Both the position numbers and the translations under genes were made by a program. 64,000 nt of DNA from an uncultured Lacinutrix sp. Lineage in GTDB: Bacteria; Bacteroidota; Bacteroidia; Flavobacteriales; Flavobacteriaceae. The notes under the pieces were generated by a model. The model was not told where the DNA came from, searched no databases, and saw only the letters and a program-made list of their open reading frames with translations. Below are positions 18,346-28,327 of the stretch, one piece after another (position 1 is the stretch's first letter; the number at the start of each line of letters is the position of its first letter). The stretch spans positions 331,816 to 395,815 of the forward strand of contig NZ_CANMSJ010000003.1 in NCBI RefSeq assembly GCF_947500605.1. The letters are read 5' to 3'.

Positions 18346-19662
18346 CTAGTATCTGTAGTGTTCTGGTTTGTATGGGCCTTCTACTGTTACACCAATATAT
18401 TCTGCTTGGTAAGGTGCTAATTCTGTAAGCTCTACTCCAATTTTAGCTAAGTGTAATTTTGCTACTTTCTCATCTAAATACTTTGGTAGCATATATACAT
18501 CGTTTTTGTAATTTGCACTGTTTTTCCAAAGTTCTATTTGTGCTAAAGTTTGGTTAGTAAATGAGTTGCTCATTACAAAACTAGGGTGTCCTGTTGCACA
18601 ACCTAAGTTTACTAAACGTCCCTCGGCAAGTAAAATAATATCTTTTCCGTCAATAACGTATTTGTCTACTTGAGGTTTAATAGTGTCTTTAGTATGACCG
18701 TGTTTTTCGTTTAACCATCCTACTTGTATTTCGTTATCGAAGTGACCGATGTTACAAACGATAACTTTATCTTTCATTGCCTCAAAATGCTCAGCACGAA
18801 CGATATCTTTATTTCCTGTAGTTGTAATAATGATATCACTATTACCAACAACAGTTTCTAATTTTTTAACTTCAAAACCGTCCATTGCAGCTTGTAAAGC
18901 ACAAATAGGATCAATTTCTGTAACGGTTACAATACTCCCTGCTCCTTTAAAAGAGGCAGCTGTACCTTTACCAACATCACCGTAACCACAAACAGTAACA
19001 CGTTTTCCAGCTAACATAATATCTGTTGCACGACGTATAGCATCTACTGCAGATTCTTTACAACCGTATTTGTTATCGAATTTAGATTTAGTAACCGAAT
19101 CGTTAACGTTAATTGCTGGCATTGTTAATGTTCCGTTTTTTACACGCTCGTATAATCTGTGAACTCCAGTTGTAGTTTCTTCAGATAATCCTTTAATTCC
19201 TGCTGATAATTCTGGGTATTTATCTAAAACCATGTTAGTTAAATCTCCACCGTCATCAAGAATCATGTTTAATGGCTTTCTGTCTTCACCAAAAAATAAG
19301 GTTTGTTCTATACACCAATCAAATTCTTCTTCTGTCATGTCTTTCCATGCGTACACAGCAGTTCCAGCGTCTGCAATTGCAGCAGCAGCTTGATCTTGTG
19401 TAGAGAAAATGTTACAAGAACTCCATGTAACTTCTGCTCCTAAAGCTTGTAAAGTTTCAATTAAAACGGCAGTTTGAATAGTCATGTGTAAACATCCTGC
19501 AATACGTGCACCTTTTAATGGTTGCTCGTTTTTGTATTCTTCACGTAAACTCATTAAGCCTGGCATTTCAGCTTCAGCTAAATTAATTTCTTTTCTTCCC
19601 CAAGCCGCAAGCGACATATCTTTTACCTTATTAGGTACGTAAGCAACTGTTTTATTACTCAT
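18346..19662 (-). CDS. ahcY: Adenosylhomocysteinase
   Basis: [38 protein letters not shown]. Confidence 0.98.
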   Translation of the reverse strand: MSNKTVAYVPNKVKDMSLAAWGRKEINLAEAEMPGLMSLREEYKNEQPLKGARIAGCLHMTIQTAVLIETLQALGAEVTWSSCNIFSTQDQAAAAIADAGTAVYAWKDMTEEEFDWCIEQTLFFGEDRKPLNMILDDGGDLTNMVLDKYPELSAGIKGLSEETTTGVHRLYERVKNGTLTMPAINVNDSVTKSKFDNKYGCKESAVDAIRRATDIMLAGKRVTVCGYGDVGKGTAASFKGAGSIVTVTEIDPICALQAAMDGFEVKKLETVVGNSDIIITTTGNKDIVRAEHFEAMKDKVIVCNIGHFDNEIQVGWLNEKHGHTKDTIKPQVDKYVIDGKDIILLAEGRLVNLGCATGHPSFVMSNSFTNQTLAQIELWKNSANYKNDVYMLPKYLDEKVAKLHLAKIGVELTELAPYQAEYIGVTVEGPYKPEHYRY

Positions 19663-19795
19663 ATTTCTTTGTCTTAATTTTTTATAAAATGAAACGCCTT
19701 TGGGATTTAGGACTTAAAATAGTTAAATTAGCCATTAAAAGCACCTAGATCGCCTTAAGCGATGCAAAGATAATCAATAGAATTTAGAATATTAA

Positions 19796-20422
19796 ATGCC
19801 TCTTTACAAATCCATTAGTGTAAATTCACAAACTACTGTTAAAATCTGGAAGATTGAAGAGTCTTATACAGAGTTAATTACTCCTTTAAATTTAAAAGAA
19901 GAAAGCTTAAACCGTGTAAATGGTATGAAAAGCCAATTGCATCAACGTGGCTTTTTAAGTGTTAGGCATCTTTTACGAGCTTTTGGTTATACAGACCAAG
20001 ATTTATTTTATGATGATAATGGAAAGCCACATTTAAAAGATGGAAAACATATTTCTATAACGCATAGTTTTACGTTTTCGGGTGTTATTGTTGGTGATAA
20101 AGAAGTTGGAATAGATATAGAGAAACAACGTGATAAAATAGCAGTTATAGCAAAGAAATTTGTGGATTATGAGTTTGAATATTTAAGCGAACTAGATACC
20201 GATTATATAAATAGGCTAACTGTTATTTGGGGAATTAAAGAGTCGCTTTACAAATTATTTGCTACTCCAGGTATGTTGTTTAGAGAACACTTTTTGGTGA
20301 TTCCTTTTATGATGGAAGATAGAGAAACGTTGTGTTGGATAGATTATAAGATGAAAAAATACAGGTATAATTCTTACTTCTTAGAGTTTGAAGGTTTTAC
20401 TTGTGCATACGTATTAGGATAA
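19796..20422 (+). CDS. 4'-phosphopantetheinyl transferase (Sfp-like)
   Basis: NGKPHL, ISITHS, VGIDIE, W.IKESLYK. Confidence 0.9.
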   Translation: MPLYKSISVNSQTTVKIWKIEESYTELITPLNLKEESLNRVNGMKSQLHQRGFLSVRHLLRAFGYTDQDLFYDDNGKPHLKDGKHISITHSFTFSGVIVGDKEVGIDIEKQRDKIAVIAKKFVDYEFEYLSELDTDYINRLTVIWGIKESLYKLFATPGMLFREHFLVIPFMMEDRETLCWIDYKMKKYRYNSYFLEFEGFTCAYVLG

Positions 20423-21133
20423 ATGAAGTCTATTTTACAACATCTTAAAACATCGAAAAAACAAAATCTTGCAGTTTTAATAGACCCTGATAAATTTGAT
20501 TTAAAAAATGCATCGCAATTTATAGATAAAGTTAATAGATCTATAGCTACGCACGTGTTTGTTGGAGGAAGTATAGTTGAAAAAGATGTAACCGAAGCAT
20601 TACTTTTAGCAATAAAACCATTAACAAACTTACCAATTGTTTTGTTTCCGGGAGATGTTATTCAAGTTTCAGAAAAAGCTGATGCTATTTTATTTCTGTC
20701 TTTAGTTTCTGGTAGAAATCCTGAGTATTTAATTGGTCAGCAGGTAAAAGCTGTTTCGAAATTGAGAAATAGTAGTCTAGAAATCATCCCGACAGGTTAT
20801 ATTTTAGTTGATGGAAAAAAGGAGACTGCAACTCAAAAAGTGACTAAAACCAAACCTTTAAATAAATTGCAAGAGATTGTAGATACTGCAAAAGCTACTG
20901 AGTTATTAGGAATGCAATTAGTCTATTTAGAGGCTGGAAGTGGTGCAAAACAAGAGGTTAGTAATGCTGTGATTTCAGCTGTTAAATCAGAAATTAATAT
21001 ACCTTTAATAGTTGGTGGAGGAATAAGAAGTAAATTTGTAATAGATAAAGCGTTTAAAGCAGGAGCCAATTTAGTTGTTATTGGTACGGCATTTGAAGAT
21101 GACGAATCGTTTTTTGAAGAGATAAAAAAATAA
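20423..21133 (+). CDS. Geranylgeranylglyceryl/heptaprenylglyceryl phosphate synthase
   Basis: VLIDPDK, FVGGS, LFPG, YLEAGSGA, VGGGIRS, VVIGT. Confidence 0.9.
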   Translation: MKSILQHLKTSKKQNLAVLIDPDKFDLKNASQFIDKVNRSIATHVFVGGSIVEKDVTEALLLAIKPLTNLPIVLFPGDVIQVSEKADAILFLSLVSGRNPEYLIGQQVKAVSKLRNSSLEIIPTGYILVDGKKETATQKVTKTKPLNKLQEIVDTAKATELLGMQLVYLEAGSGAKQEVSNAVISAVKSEINIPLIVGGGIRSKFVIDKAFKAGANLVVIGTAFEDDESFFEEIKK

Positions 21134-21155
21134 AATAAGTAAATATCCCAAGATC

Positions 21156-21416
21156 ATGAATATATCTATAGACTTAACATTATCGCCGTTACAAGACGAT
21201 TACGAAAAACACGTTATAGATTTTATAAAAGTGCTCCGAGATTCGGAGTTTACGGTTTTAGAAAATCCGTTAAGTACTCAAATATATGGTGATTATAATA
21301 GTCTAATGCCTTTTTTAACCCAAGCTATTAAAAACTCTTTCGAGAATCAAGATATTTGTGTGTTAACAATGAAAGTGGTAAAAACAGATAGAAGTGACTA
21401 TGAACCAAATTTTTGA
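21156..21416 (+). CDS. Thiamine-binding protein-like (YkoF/MTH1187-type) small protein
   Basis: ISIDLTLSPL..ENPLSTQIYG pattern; context next to pnuC. Confidence 0.6.
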   Translation: MNISIDLTLSPLQDDYEKHVIDFIKVLRDSEFTVLENPLSTQIYGDYNSLMPFLTQAIKNSFENQDICVLTMKVVKTDRSDYEPNF

Positions 21417-22032
21417 TTTTTTTCTAGATGCTTATAAAAATGCATCAGCCACAGATATTGTATTAGAGATTATTGTCTTTTTTTTTGGTATTGCAAGTGT
21501 AATTTATGCAAAGAGAGAAAATATTCTAGTATATCCAACAGGATTAGTAGCAACTATTATAACTGTTTATCTACTTTATAAAGCTGAGTATTTTGGAGAT
21601 ATGATGATGAATTTTTACTATTCTGTCATGAGTCTTTATGGCTGGTGGAATTGGGCTAGAAAAAACGAAAACGAATATGTTCTTCCTCTTTCTAGAACGA
21701 ATACTCAAGAGAAATTAATAGGTATAGCCTTGTTTTTTATTACAATGTTTGTAACCTATTTAGTTTATAGTGTTTACGATTATAAGTTAGAAATCCCGAA
21801 TTACATAGATATTTTTACTTCCGGTATTTTCTTTACTGCAATGTGGTATATGGCTACCAAGAAATTAGCGAATTGGACTTTATGGATAATTGCCGATTTA
21901 ATAACTATACCACTATACGCTTATAGAGGTTTAGGGATTTTATCATTACAATATTTAATATTTACCATTTTAGCTATACAAGGTTATAAACAATGGAAGA
22001 AAAGTATAGACAACAAGAAGCAAATTGCATAA
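21400..22032 (+). CDS. pnuC: PnuC family vitamin/nucleoside transporter
   Basis: YGWWNW, NWTLWII.D, multi-TM; likely start at 21400. Confidence 0.9.
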   Translation: MNQIFDFFLDAYKNASATDIVLEIIVFFFGIASVIYAKRENILVYPTGLVATIITVYLLYKAEYFGDMMMNFYYSVMSLYGWWNWARKNENEYVLPLSRTNTQEKLIGIALFFITMFVTYLVYSVYDYKLEIPNYIDIFTSGIFFTAMWYMATKKLANWTLWIIADLITIPLYAYRGLGILSLQYLIFTILAIQGYKQWKKSIDNKKQIA

Positions 22033-22598
22033 AAGTTGTGTTGTTTGGCCCAGAATCTACTGGTAAAACAACATTGGCAAAACAATTAGCAGCTTATTAT
22101 AATTCGGTTTGGGTACGCGAATTTGCGCGAGAGTACCTTCAAGAAAAATGGAATAATGAGCGTAAAATTTGTGAGCCAAAAGATTTATTGCCAATTGCTG
22201 AAGGACAAATGCTTTTAGAAAACGAATTAGCAAAAAAAACAGATACTGTTCTTATTTGTGATACCGATTTGTTAGAAACTAAAGTGTATTCCGAAGTCTA
22301 TTATTCTGGAATGTGCAATCCTGAATTAGAAAAATATGCGTTGGAAAACACTTATGATTTGTACTTTTTAACGTATATTGATACGCCTTGGGAAGCCGAT
22401 GATTTAAGAGATAAGCCTGAGGAAAGAGAAGCTATGTTTAAAGTGTTTGAAGCGGCTTTAAAAAAACACAATAGACCTTATGTTTTGCTAAAAGGAGATG
22501 AAAAAACACGTCTTGAAGCAGCAGTAAATCATATAGATAAATTAATAACAAGAAAAAGTGAACTTCACCAAAGCACAAATAAAGCAAATAGAAAATAA
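21993..22598 (+). CDS. NadR-like P-loop kinase (AAA_28 type), kinase domain only
   Basis: GPESTGKTTL, EFAREY, CDTD, PWEADDLR; no HxGH domain. Confidence 0.88.
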   Translation: MEEKYRQQEANCIKVVLFGPESTGKTTLAKQLAAYYNSVWVREFAREYLQEKWNNERKICEPKDLLPIAEGQMLLENELAKKTDTVLICDTDLLETKVYSEVYYSGMCNPELEKYALENTYDLYFLTYIDTPWEADDLRDKPEEREAMFKVFEAALKKHNRPYVLLKGDEKTRLEAAVNHIDKLITRKSELHQSTNKANRK

Positions 22599-24108
22599 AG
22601 GATTAACAGTAGATAAAGTTTTGAAACAAATTGAAACTTTTAAATCGGGATTGCCTTTAATTAATTTAGAATCTGCCGCGATTTTAGGTCATGGAATATT
22701 GAGTGTTTCAAAAGATGAAAATAAAGAGTATTCAGCATTTTACGATAAGCAAAAGGAAGAGTTAGATGTTTTAAAGTTTGTTCCAGCTTCTGGTGCTGCT
22801 ACTAGAATGTTTAAGTTTTTGTTCGAGTTTTTAGATATGTATGACCATGAAAAAGAAACGGTTAATGGTTACATTAACAAACATAAAGCTAACGATTTGT
22901 TAGTGTTTGGTGTAGGTCTTGAAAAATTTCCTTTTTATAATGATGTAATCAAAGAGTCTAAAAAACATGTTCCAAACTTCGACTCATTATCTGCAGATTT
23001 AAAAGTTGTAGAGTTTGTAAAAACCATGTTAAACGAAGATCGTTTAAATTATAGTTTCTCACCAAAAGGATTATTGCCTTTTCATAAATACAAAGATCAT
23101 ATAGCTACTGCTTTCGAAGAGCATTTATTCGAAGCTGCACTGTATGCAACCTCTAATAATATAGCTGCGATTCACTTTACAATATCAGAAATTTACAAAG
23201 ATATTTTTGATGAAGAGTTTAATCGAATTCAAAGCATAGTAGAACAGAAAACGAATACAAAATTTAAGATATCTTATTCTTATCAAAAAGAAGAAACAGA
23301 TACTATTGCCGTGTCAGCAAAAAATGAACCTATAGAAGATGTAGATGGTTCTTTACATTTTAGACCTTCTGGACATGGTGCTTTGTTAGCAAATTTAAAC
23401 GATTTTGATGCCGATATTATATTTATAAAAAACATTGATAATGTTGTTGTTTATAAATATGAAAATGAAGTTGCAAAGCATAAAAAGGTATTAGCAGGAA
23501 TTTTACTTAAAAAACAAAATAAAGCTTTTAAGTATTTAAAAGAGTTAGAAGCAGACAAGGTTTGTGAGGATAAATTAATTGAAATTGCACGTTTTTTAAG
23601 GAAAAAATTGAATGTCATTATTTCTCATGAATTCGAAAAATACTCTCCCAAATATCAAATAGAATATCTGAAAAGTAAACTCAATAGGCCAATTCGAGTT
23701 TGCGGAATGGTTAGAAACGAAGGAGAGCCAGGAGGTGGACCATTTTGGGTTAAAGACGAAAGTGGTACTGTGTCATTACAAATAGTAGAATCAGCACAAG
23801 TAGATAAAAAGAACAAGCATCAAAAAAGTATTTTAAAAAATGCAACGCATTTTAATCCTGTAGATTTAGTTTGTGGTATTAAAAATTATAAAGGCGAAAA
23901 GTTCGATCTCTCAAAATATGTAGATCCAAAAACGGCTTTTATTACAATGAAAACTAAAACAGGAAAAGATATTAAAGCGCTGGAATCTCCAGGACTATGG
24001 AATGGTGGAATGGCAAATTGGAATACCATTTTTGTAGAGACTCCAATAGTAACTTTTAATCCTGTAAAAACTGTTACAGATTTATTAAAGGCAACACATC
24101 AATTATAA
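22558..24108 (+). CDS. DUF4301 family protein
   Basis: KFVPASGAATRMFK, RPSGHGAL, KNIDNV, GEPGGGPFWV, FNPVKTV.DLL; GTG start. Confidence 0.88.
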   Translation: MNFTKAQIKQIENKGLTVDKVLKQIETFKSGLPLINLESAAILGHGILSVSKDENKEYSAFYDKQKEELDVLKFVPASGAATRMFKFLFEFLDMYDHEKETVNGYINKHKANDLLVFGVGLEKFPFYNDVIKESKKHVPNFDSLSADLKVVEFVKTMLNEDRLNYSFSPKGLLPFHKYKDHIATAFEEHLFEAALYATSNNIAAIHFTISEIYKDIFDEEFNRIQSIVEQKTNTKFKISYSYQKEETDTIAVSAKNEPIEDVDGSLHFRPSGHGALLANLNDFDADIIFIKNIDNVVVYKYENEVAKHKKVLAGILLKKQNKAFKYLKELEADKVCEDKLIEIARFLRKKLNVIISHEFEKYSPKYQIEYLKSKLNRPIRVCGMVRNEGEPGGGPFWVKDESGTVSLQIVESAQVDKKNKHQKSILKNATHFNPVDLVCGIKNYKGEKFDLSKYVDPKTAFITMKTKTGKDIKALESPGLWNGGMANWNTIFVETPIVTFNPVKTVTDLLKATHQL

Positions 24109-24515
24109 TGTTTAACGAAGAAGCTCTTGTTAAAGAATTTAATTTTAAAGGTATTAGGAGTTCTGGTGCCGGAGGACAACATGTAAATAAGGTGTCTTCT
24201 AAAATAGAATTAACCTTTAATATTCAAGAGTCTTTAGTTTTAAATGAAAAACAAAAAGAAGTTATAGCATATAAGTTGTCTAATCGAATTACTAAAGATG
24301 GCTTACTAATACTTCAATGTGGAGAAAGCCGAAGTCAACATAGAAATAAAAACATTGCTATAGTAAGAGCTATCCAACTTCTTAAATCTACATTGTTTGT
24401 AAAGAAAAAACGCATTCCAACAAAAATTCCGAAGGCAGTAATTATTAGGAGGCTTAAAAGTAAGCGTGCTAATAAAGAAAGAAAAGCAACCAGACGTAAG
24501 CCTAATTTAGATTAA
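24108..24515 (+). CDS. arfB: Alternative ribosome rescue peptidyl-tRNA hydrolase ArfB
   Basis: RSSGAGGQHVNK, RSQHRNK, basic tail; TAATG overlap with upstream gene. Confidence 0.92.
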   Translation: MFNEEALVKEFNFKGIRSSGAGGQHVNKVSSKIELTFNIQESLVLNEKQKEVIAYKLSNRITKDGLLILQCGESRSQHRNKNIAIVRAIQLLKSTLFVKKKRIPTKIPKAVIIRRLKSKRANKERKATRRKPNLD

Positions 24516-24567
24516 AAAAAGATTAAAACGTAAAACGTAACTCAAAAATCTATCATACCTTTGCGCT

Positions 24568-24655
24568 GTTCTCAAAAAAGGGGTGCCATAAATTAGGCTG
24601 AGATCATACCCATTGAACCTAGAACAGGTAATGCTGTTTAGGAATTTGTAGAAAT
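24568..24655 (+). ncRNA. TPP riboswitch
   Basis: GGGGTGCC..GGCTGAGATCATACCC.TTGAACCT.GAACAGGTAATGCTG..TAGGAA core; TACCTTTG promoter element at 24557-24564. Confidence 0.92.
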
Positions 24656-24797
24656 ACAATTAATATTATTAGTCATCTTATCTAAGAATAAGAAAGTGAA
24701 AAACAGACTATAAAATGTATTGATTGTATTTTGAAAAAAACTAATTATTATAATAGAATAATTACCTCTTTTTATTCGCGATTTAAATGTATTTCGA

Positions 24798-26924
24798 ATG
24801 AAATCTATAGTAAAAACAACAACTTTATTTTTAGCATTTACAGTATTAACTTTAAATGGTTTTGCACAAGAAGTTAAACAAGACTCAACAAAAATTGAAA
24901 CCTTAGATGAGGTTTTGGTTTCTGCGGTTAGAGTAAAAGCAGATGCGCCTGTAACGCATTCTAATTTAACAAAAAAGCAAATTGCAAAACGTAATTTAGG
25001 ACAAGACATTCCTATTCTATTAAATTATTTGCCAAACGTAGTATCATCGTCTGATGCTGGTGCAGGTATTGGTTATACGTATATGAGTGTCCGTGGATCT
25101 GACGCTTCAAGAGTTAATGTCACTATAAACGGAATCCCATATAATGATGCTGAGAGTCAAGGCACTTTTTGGGTAAATATGGGAGATTTTGCTTCGTCTA
25201 CAGAGAGTTTACAATTGCAACGTGGTGTTGGTACATCTACAAATGGTTCTGGTGCTTTTGGTGCTAGTTTAAATATTTTAACAGATGCTGTTTCTAAAGA
25301 GGCTGGAGGCGAAATTTCTAATTCTTTTGGTTCTTACGGTACGAGAAAACATAATGTAAAATTTACTACAGGTAAAGTAAATGAACATTTTGAATTTGCT
25401 GGTCGCTTGTCTAATATTCATTCAGATGGCTATATTGATAGAGCGTCTACCGATTTAAAGTCATATTTTTTACAAGGAAGTTATACTGATGAAAACACCT
25501 TGATTAAAGCTTTAGCTTTTGGAGGGAAAGAGGAAACATACCAAGCTTGGGATGGAATTTCGGCAGAACAATTGGAAGAAAATAGAAGACAAAATCCATT
25601 AACTTACGATAATGAAGTAGACAACTATCAACAAGATCATTACCAATTACATTGGAACGAGAAATTGAACAATAATTGGACAACTAATGTTGGTTTAAAC
25701 TACACTAGAGGTAAAGGTTATTTTGAGCAGTTTAAAGACGATAGAGATGCAGTAGATTATAATAACTTAATAGAAGATGGTAGTGATGTTATTGTACGTC
25801 GTTGGTTAGATAACCATTTCTATGTTGGTAATTTTAATGCTACTTATAGAAAAGATAGATTAGAAATTATTTCAGGAGTGTCTTACAGTGATTACGAAAA
25901 CGACCATTATGGTGAGCTTATTTGGGGAAGTGAATTAGCAGATAATACAAGTATAAGAGATCATTATTACGATGGGAAATCTACTAAAAGCGATTTAAAT
26001 ATTTTTTCTAAAGTATCGTTTGGTCTTACCGAAAAATTAAAAGCTTTTGTAGATATACAAGGTAGATTTGTAAATTATAAAACTAACGGATTAACATCTA
26101 AAAGAGTACCATTAAATGTTGATGAAAAATTTAGTTTCTTTAATCCAAAGTTAGGTCTAACTTATAGGTTAAACAATGAAAATAGTTTCTATACATCGTT
26201 TGCAAGAGCAAATAGAGAACCTAATAGAGACGATTTTAAAGCTGGTGTAAGTACTCATGAAAGCTTAAACGATTATGAGTTAGGATGGCGTTTAACACAA
26301 GAGAATTTTAAGTTAAGTACTAATGTTTATTTTATGGATTATCAAAACCAATTAGTACTTACAGGAGAGATTGATGATACAGGAGATGCTTTACGTGGTA
26401 CTAGTGGTAATAGTTATAGATTAGGTTTAGAGATTGATGCAGATATCCGTTTAAGTAATAATTTTTCTGTAAGACCAAACATTTCTATTAGTAAGAACGA
26501 AAATGTTGATTATGTTACAAATAGAGACGATGCTATACAAGAATTAGGGAACACTAATATTGCAAATTCACCAAATACTGTTGCTGGTAATGCGTTGGTG
26601 TATCATCCATCAGAAAGGTTTCAGGTTGCCTTTTTATCAAAATTTGTAGGAGAACAATATCTAAGTAATACAGATACAGAGGTTTCAAAATTAGACAGTT
26701 ATTTTACTAGCGATTTAAACGTAATGTATGAGTTTAAAATGGAAAGCGTTTTTAAATCTATTGTACTTACTGCTTTAGTAAACAATATTTTTGATAAAGA
26801 ATATGTAGATAGAGGTTATATTTATTTAGATACATGGTCTACGCCTGGAGAAACGCAAGAAATACAAGGATACTATCCACAAGCAACTAGAAACTTTCTT
26901 GTTGGTGCAACACTTAAATTTTAA
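24798..26924 (+). CDS. TonB-dependent receptor, probably thiamine uptake
   Basis: TonB-box-like LDEVLVSA, plug SVRG..VNVTINGIP, C-terminal GATLKF; downstream of the TPP riboswitch. Confidence 0.9.
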   Translation: MKSIVKTTTLFLAFTVLTLNGFAQEVKQDSTKIETLDEVLVSAVRVKADAPVTHSNLTKKQIAKRNLGQDIPILLNYLPNVVSSSDAGAGIGYTYMSVRGSDASRVNVTINGIPYNDAESQGTFWVNMGDFASSTESLQLQRGVGTSTNGSGAFGASLNILTDAVSKEAGGEISNSFGSYGTRKHNVKFTTGKVNEHFEFAGRLSNIHSDGYIDRASTDLKSYFLQGSYTDENTLIKALAFGGKEETYQAWDGISAEQLEENRRQNPLTYDNEVDNYQQDHYQLHWNEKLNNNWTTNVGLNYTRGKGYFEQFKDDRDAVDYNNLIEDGSDVIVRRWLDNHFYVGNFNATYRKDRLEIISGVSYSDYENDHYGELIWGSELADNTSIRDHYYDGKSTKSDLNIFSKVSFGLTEKLKAFVDIQGRFVNYKTNGLTSKRVPLNVDEKFSFFNPKLGLTYRLNNENSFYTSFARANREPNRDDFKAGVSTHESLNDYELGWRLTQENFKLSTNVYFMDYQNQLVLTGEIDDTGDALRGTSGNSYRLGLEIDADIRLSNNFSVRPNISISKNENVDYVTNRDDAIQELGNTNIANSPNTVAGNALVYHPSERFQVAFLSKFVGEQYLSNTDTEVSKLDSYFTSDLNVMYEFKMESVFKSIVLTALVNNIFDKEYVDRGYIYLDTWSTPGETQEIQGYYPQATRNFLVGATLKF

Positions 26925-26944
26925 GTTAAAAAGGACTTGAATAG

Positions 26945-26972
26945 AAAAAAGCGGCTCGATGCCGCTTTTTTT
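26945..26972. terminator. Intrinsic terminator
   Basis: A6-gcggc-tcgat-gccgc-T7. Confidence 0.88.
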
Positions 26973-26974
26973 AT

Positions 26975-27070
26975 TGCGAAAAGGATGGAACGGTATGTTT
27001 GAGCTCCTCGAAGAGAGCGAGTAGTGAGAGCCTGGTTTTTAATGCTATTAAAAGCATTAAAAATTTGCCC
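26975..27070. repeat. Flavo-1-like element, copy 2 (variant centre)
   Basis: tgcgaaaaggatggaacggtat..gcgagtagtgagagcctgg-hairpin-tttgccc. Confidence 0.6.
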
Positions 27071-27513
27071 TAATTGTATACGCGAATAATGCTTCCGTTT
27101 ACTTCTACATTGTAGCGCGTCATTGTGTATTGTCCGCCATCTTGTTTGGTGCCATTTAAAATTTCGTAGGCATTCTCGTCTGCACAACCGCAAGTTGCAA
27201 TAATACCATTAACAGTTAATTTAGAGCAGCTGCTAATTGGGTGGTTTGGGTCGCTAAGTTCGAAAGCACTATAATCGCTTCCAGAATAATAAAGTACTAC
27301 ACCTTTAATACCATAATTGCTGTTTAAAAGAATATAGTTTCCGGGAAATTGCATTTGGTTATATTGCGGTAAATTGGTGTTAATTAATGTTTGGGTGTCA
27401 AAAGAGACGTTTGGAATATTAGGATTGTTATTCTGGTTATTATCGTCGTTTTTACTACAAGAGGTTAGTAAAAAAGTAATTAGTAATATTGATATTGTGT
27501 GTTTTAAATTCAT
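27070..27513 (-). CDS. Hypothetical lipoprotein (Rieske-like Cys/His pattern)
   Basis: Lipobox LLTSC; DPNH...C and C.C pattern. Confidence 0.7.
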   Translation of the reverse strand: MNLKHTISILLITFLLTSCSKNDDNNQNNNPNIPNVSFDTQTLINTNLPQYNQMQFPGNYILLNSNYGIKGVVLYYSGSDYSAFELSDPNHPISSCSKLTVNGIIATCGCADENAYEILNGTKQDGGQYTMTRYNVEVNGSIIRVYN

Positions 27514-27577
27514 TTTTCTTTAATCTTTTTTAGCACTGCAATTTACAACAAAAGTAAATTGCGAATTAAATATTTTG

Positions 27578-27616
27578 TATATTTGTAATACGATCTCGTG
27601 TATGCGAGATTTTTTT
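27578..27616 (+). promoter_or_regulatory. greA promoter element followed by a terminator-like leader hairpin
   Basis: TATATTTG at 27578-27585; atctcg-tgtatg-cgagat-T6 at 27593-27616. Confidence 0.55.
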
Positions 27617-27706
27617 ATGCTAAATTAATTTTAGCATCTCTTCTTTTAAATTAAACAAAGGCAGAGGCATAAATTGACTTAGAATTAGTACTAAAACGAA
27701 AAAATC

Positions 27707-28180
27707 ATGAGTAAAGTATCATATTATACAGCCGAGGGATTAAAAAAATTAAGAGCAGAGCTGGCGCAATTAAAAGATGTAGAGCGCGTAAAGGCTAGTA
27801 AGGCTATTGGTGAAGCACGTGATAAAGGTGATTTAAGTGAAAATGCCGAGTACGATGCTGCTAAAGAAGCACAAGGTATGCTAGAGATGCGTATAAGTAA
27901 ATTAGAAGATCAATTAGCTGGAGCTCGTGTAATAGACGAAAGCCAGATGGATACTTCTAAAATATTAGTATTATCTAAAGTGAAAATAAAAAACCAAACT
28001 AATGGTATGGAACTTAAGTATACTTTGGTTGCAGATGGTGAGGCAGATTTAGCTGCAGGTAAAATATCTGTAAATTCGCCAATTGGTCAAGGTTTACTGG
28101 GCAAAACAGTAGGTGATGTTGCAGAAATAACAGTGCCAAGTGGTGTTATTAAGTTTGATATTGTCGAGATTTCTAGATAG
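27707..28180 (+). CDS. greA: Transcription elongation factor GreA
   Basis: GDLSENAEYDAAKE, ISVNSPIG. Confidence 0.97.
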   Translation: MSKVSYYTAEGLKKLRAELAQLKDVERVKASKAIGEARDKGDLSENAEYDAAKEAQGMLEMRISKLEDQLAGARVIDESQMDTSKILVLSKVKIKNQTNGMELKYTLVADGEADLAAGKISVNSPIGQGLLGKTVGDVAEITVPSGVIKFDIVEISR

Positions 28181-28327
28181 TTTTAGTGTTTCGCTTTCGC
28201 GGAATTATATTGTTATAATTAATATTCCTGTTTATTCTGAAATAATTTTCAGTTTTGCAGGAATCTTTTTTTATATTGAATTCCGAAAAGACCGAAAGGT
28301 CTATAAATGTACTTTAAAATTAAAATT

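Noticed and set aside
19663-19795. Canonical SAH or SAM riboswitch upstream of ahcY
   Set aside because: I could not find the conserved cores; kept only as an unassigned structured leader
26921-27193. 90-aa plus-strand ORF
   Set aside because: It spans a terminator, a repeat copy and the antisense of a lipoprotein gene
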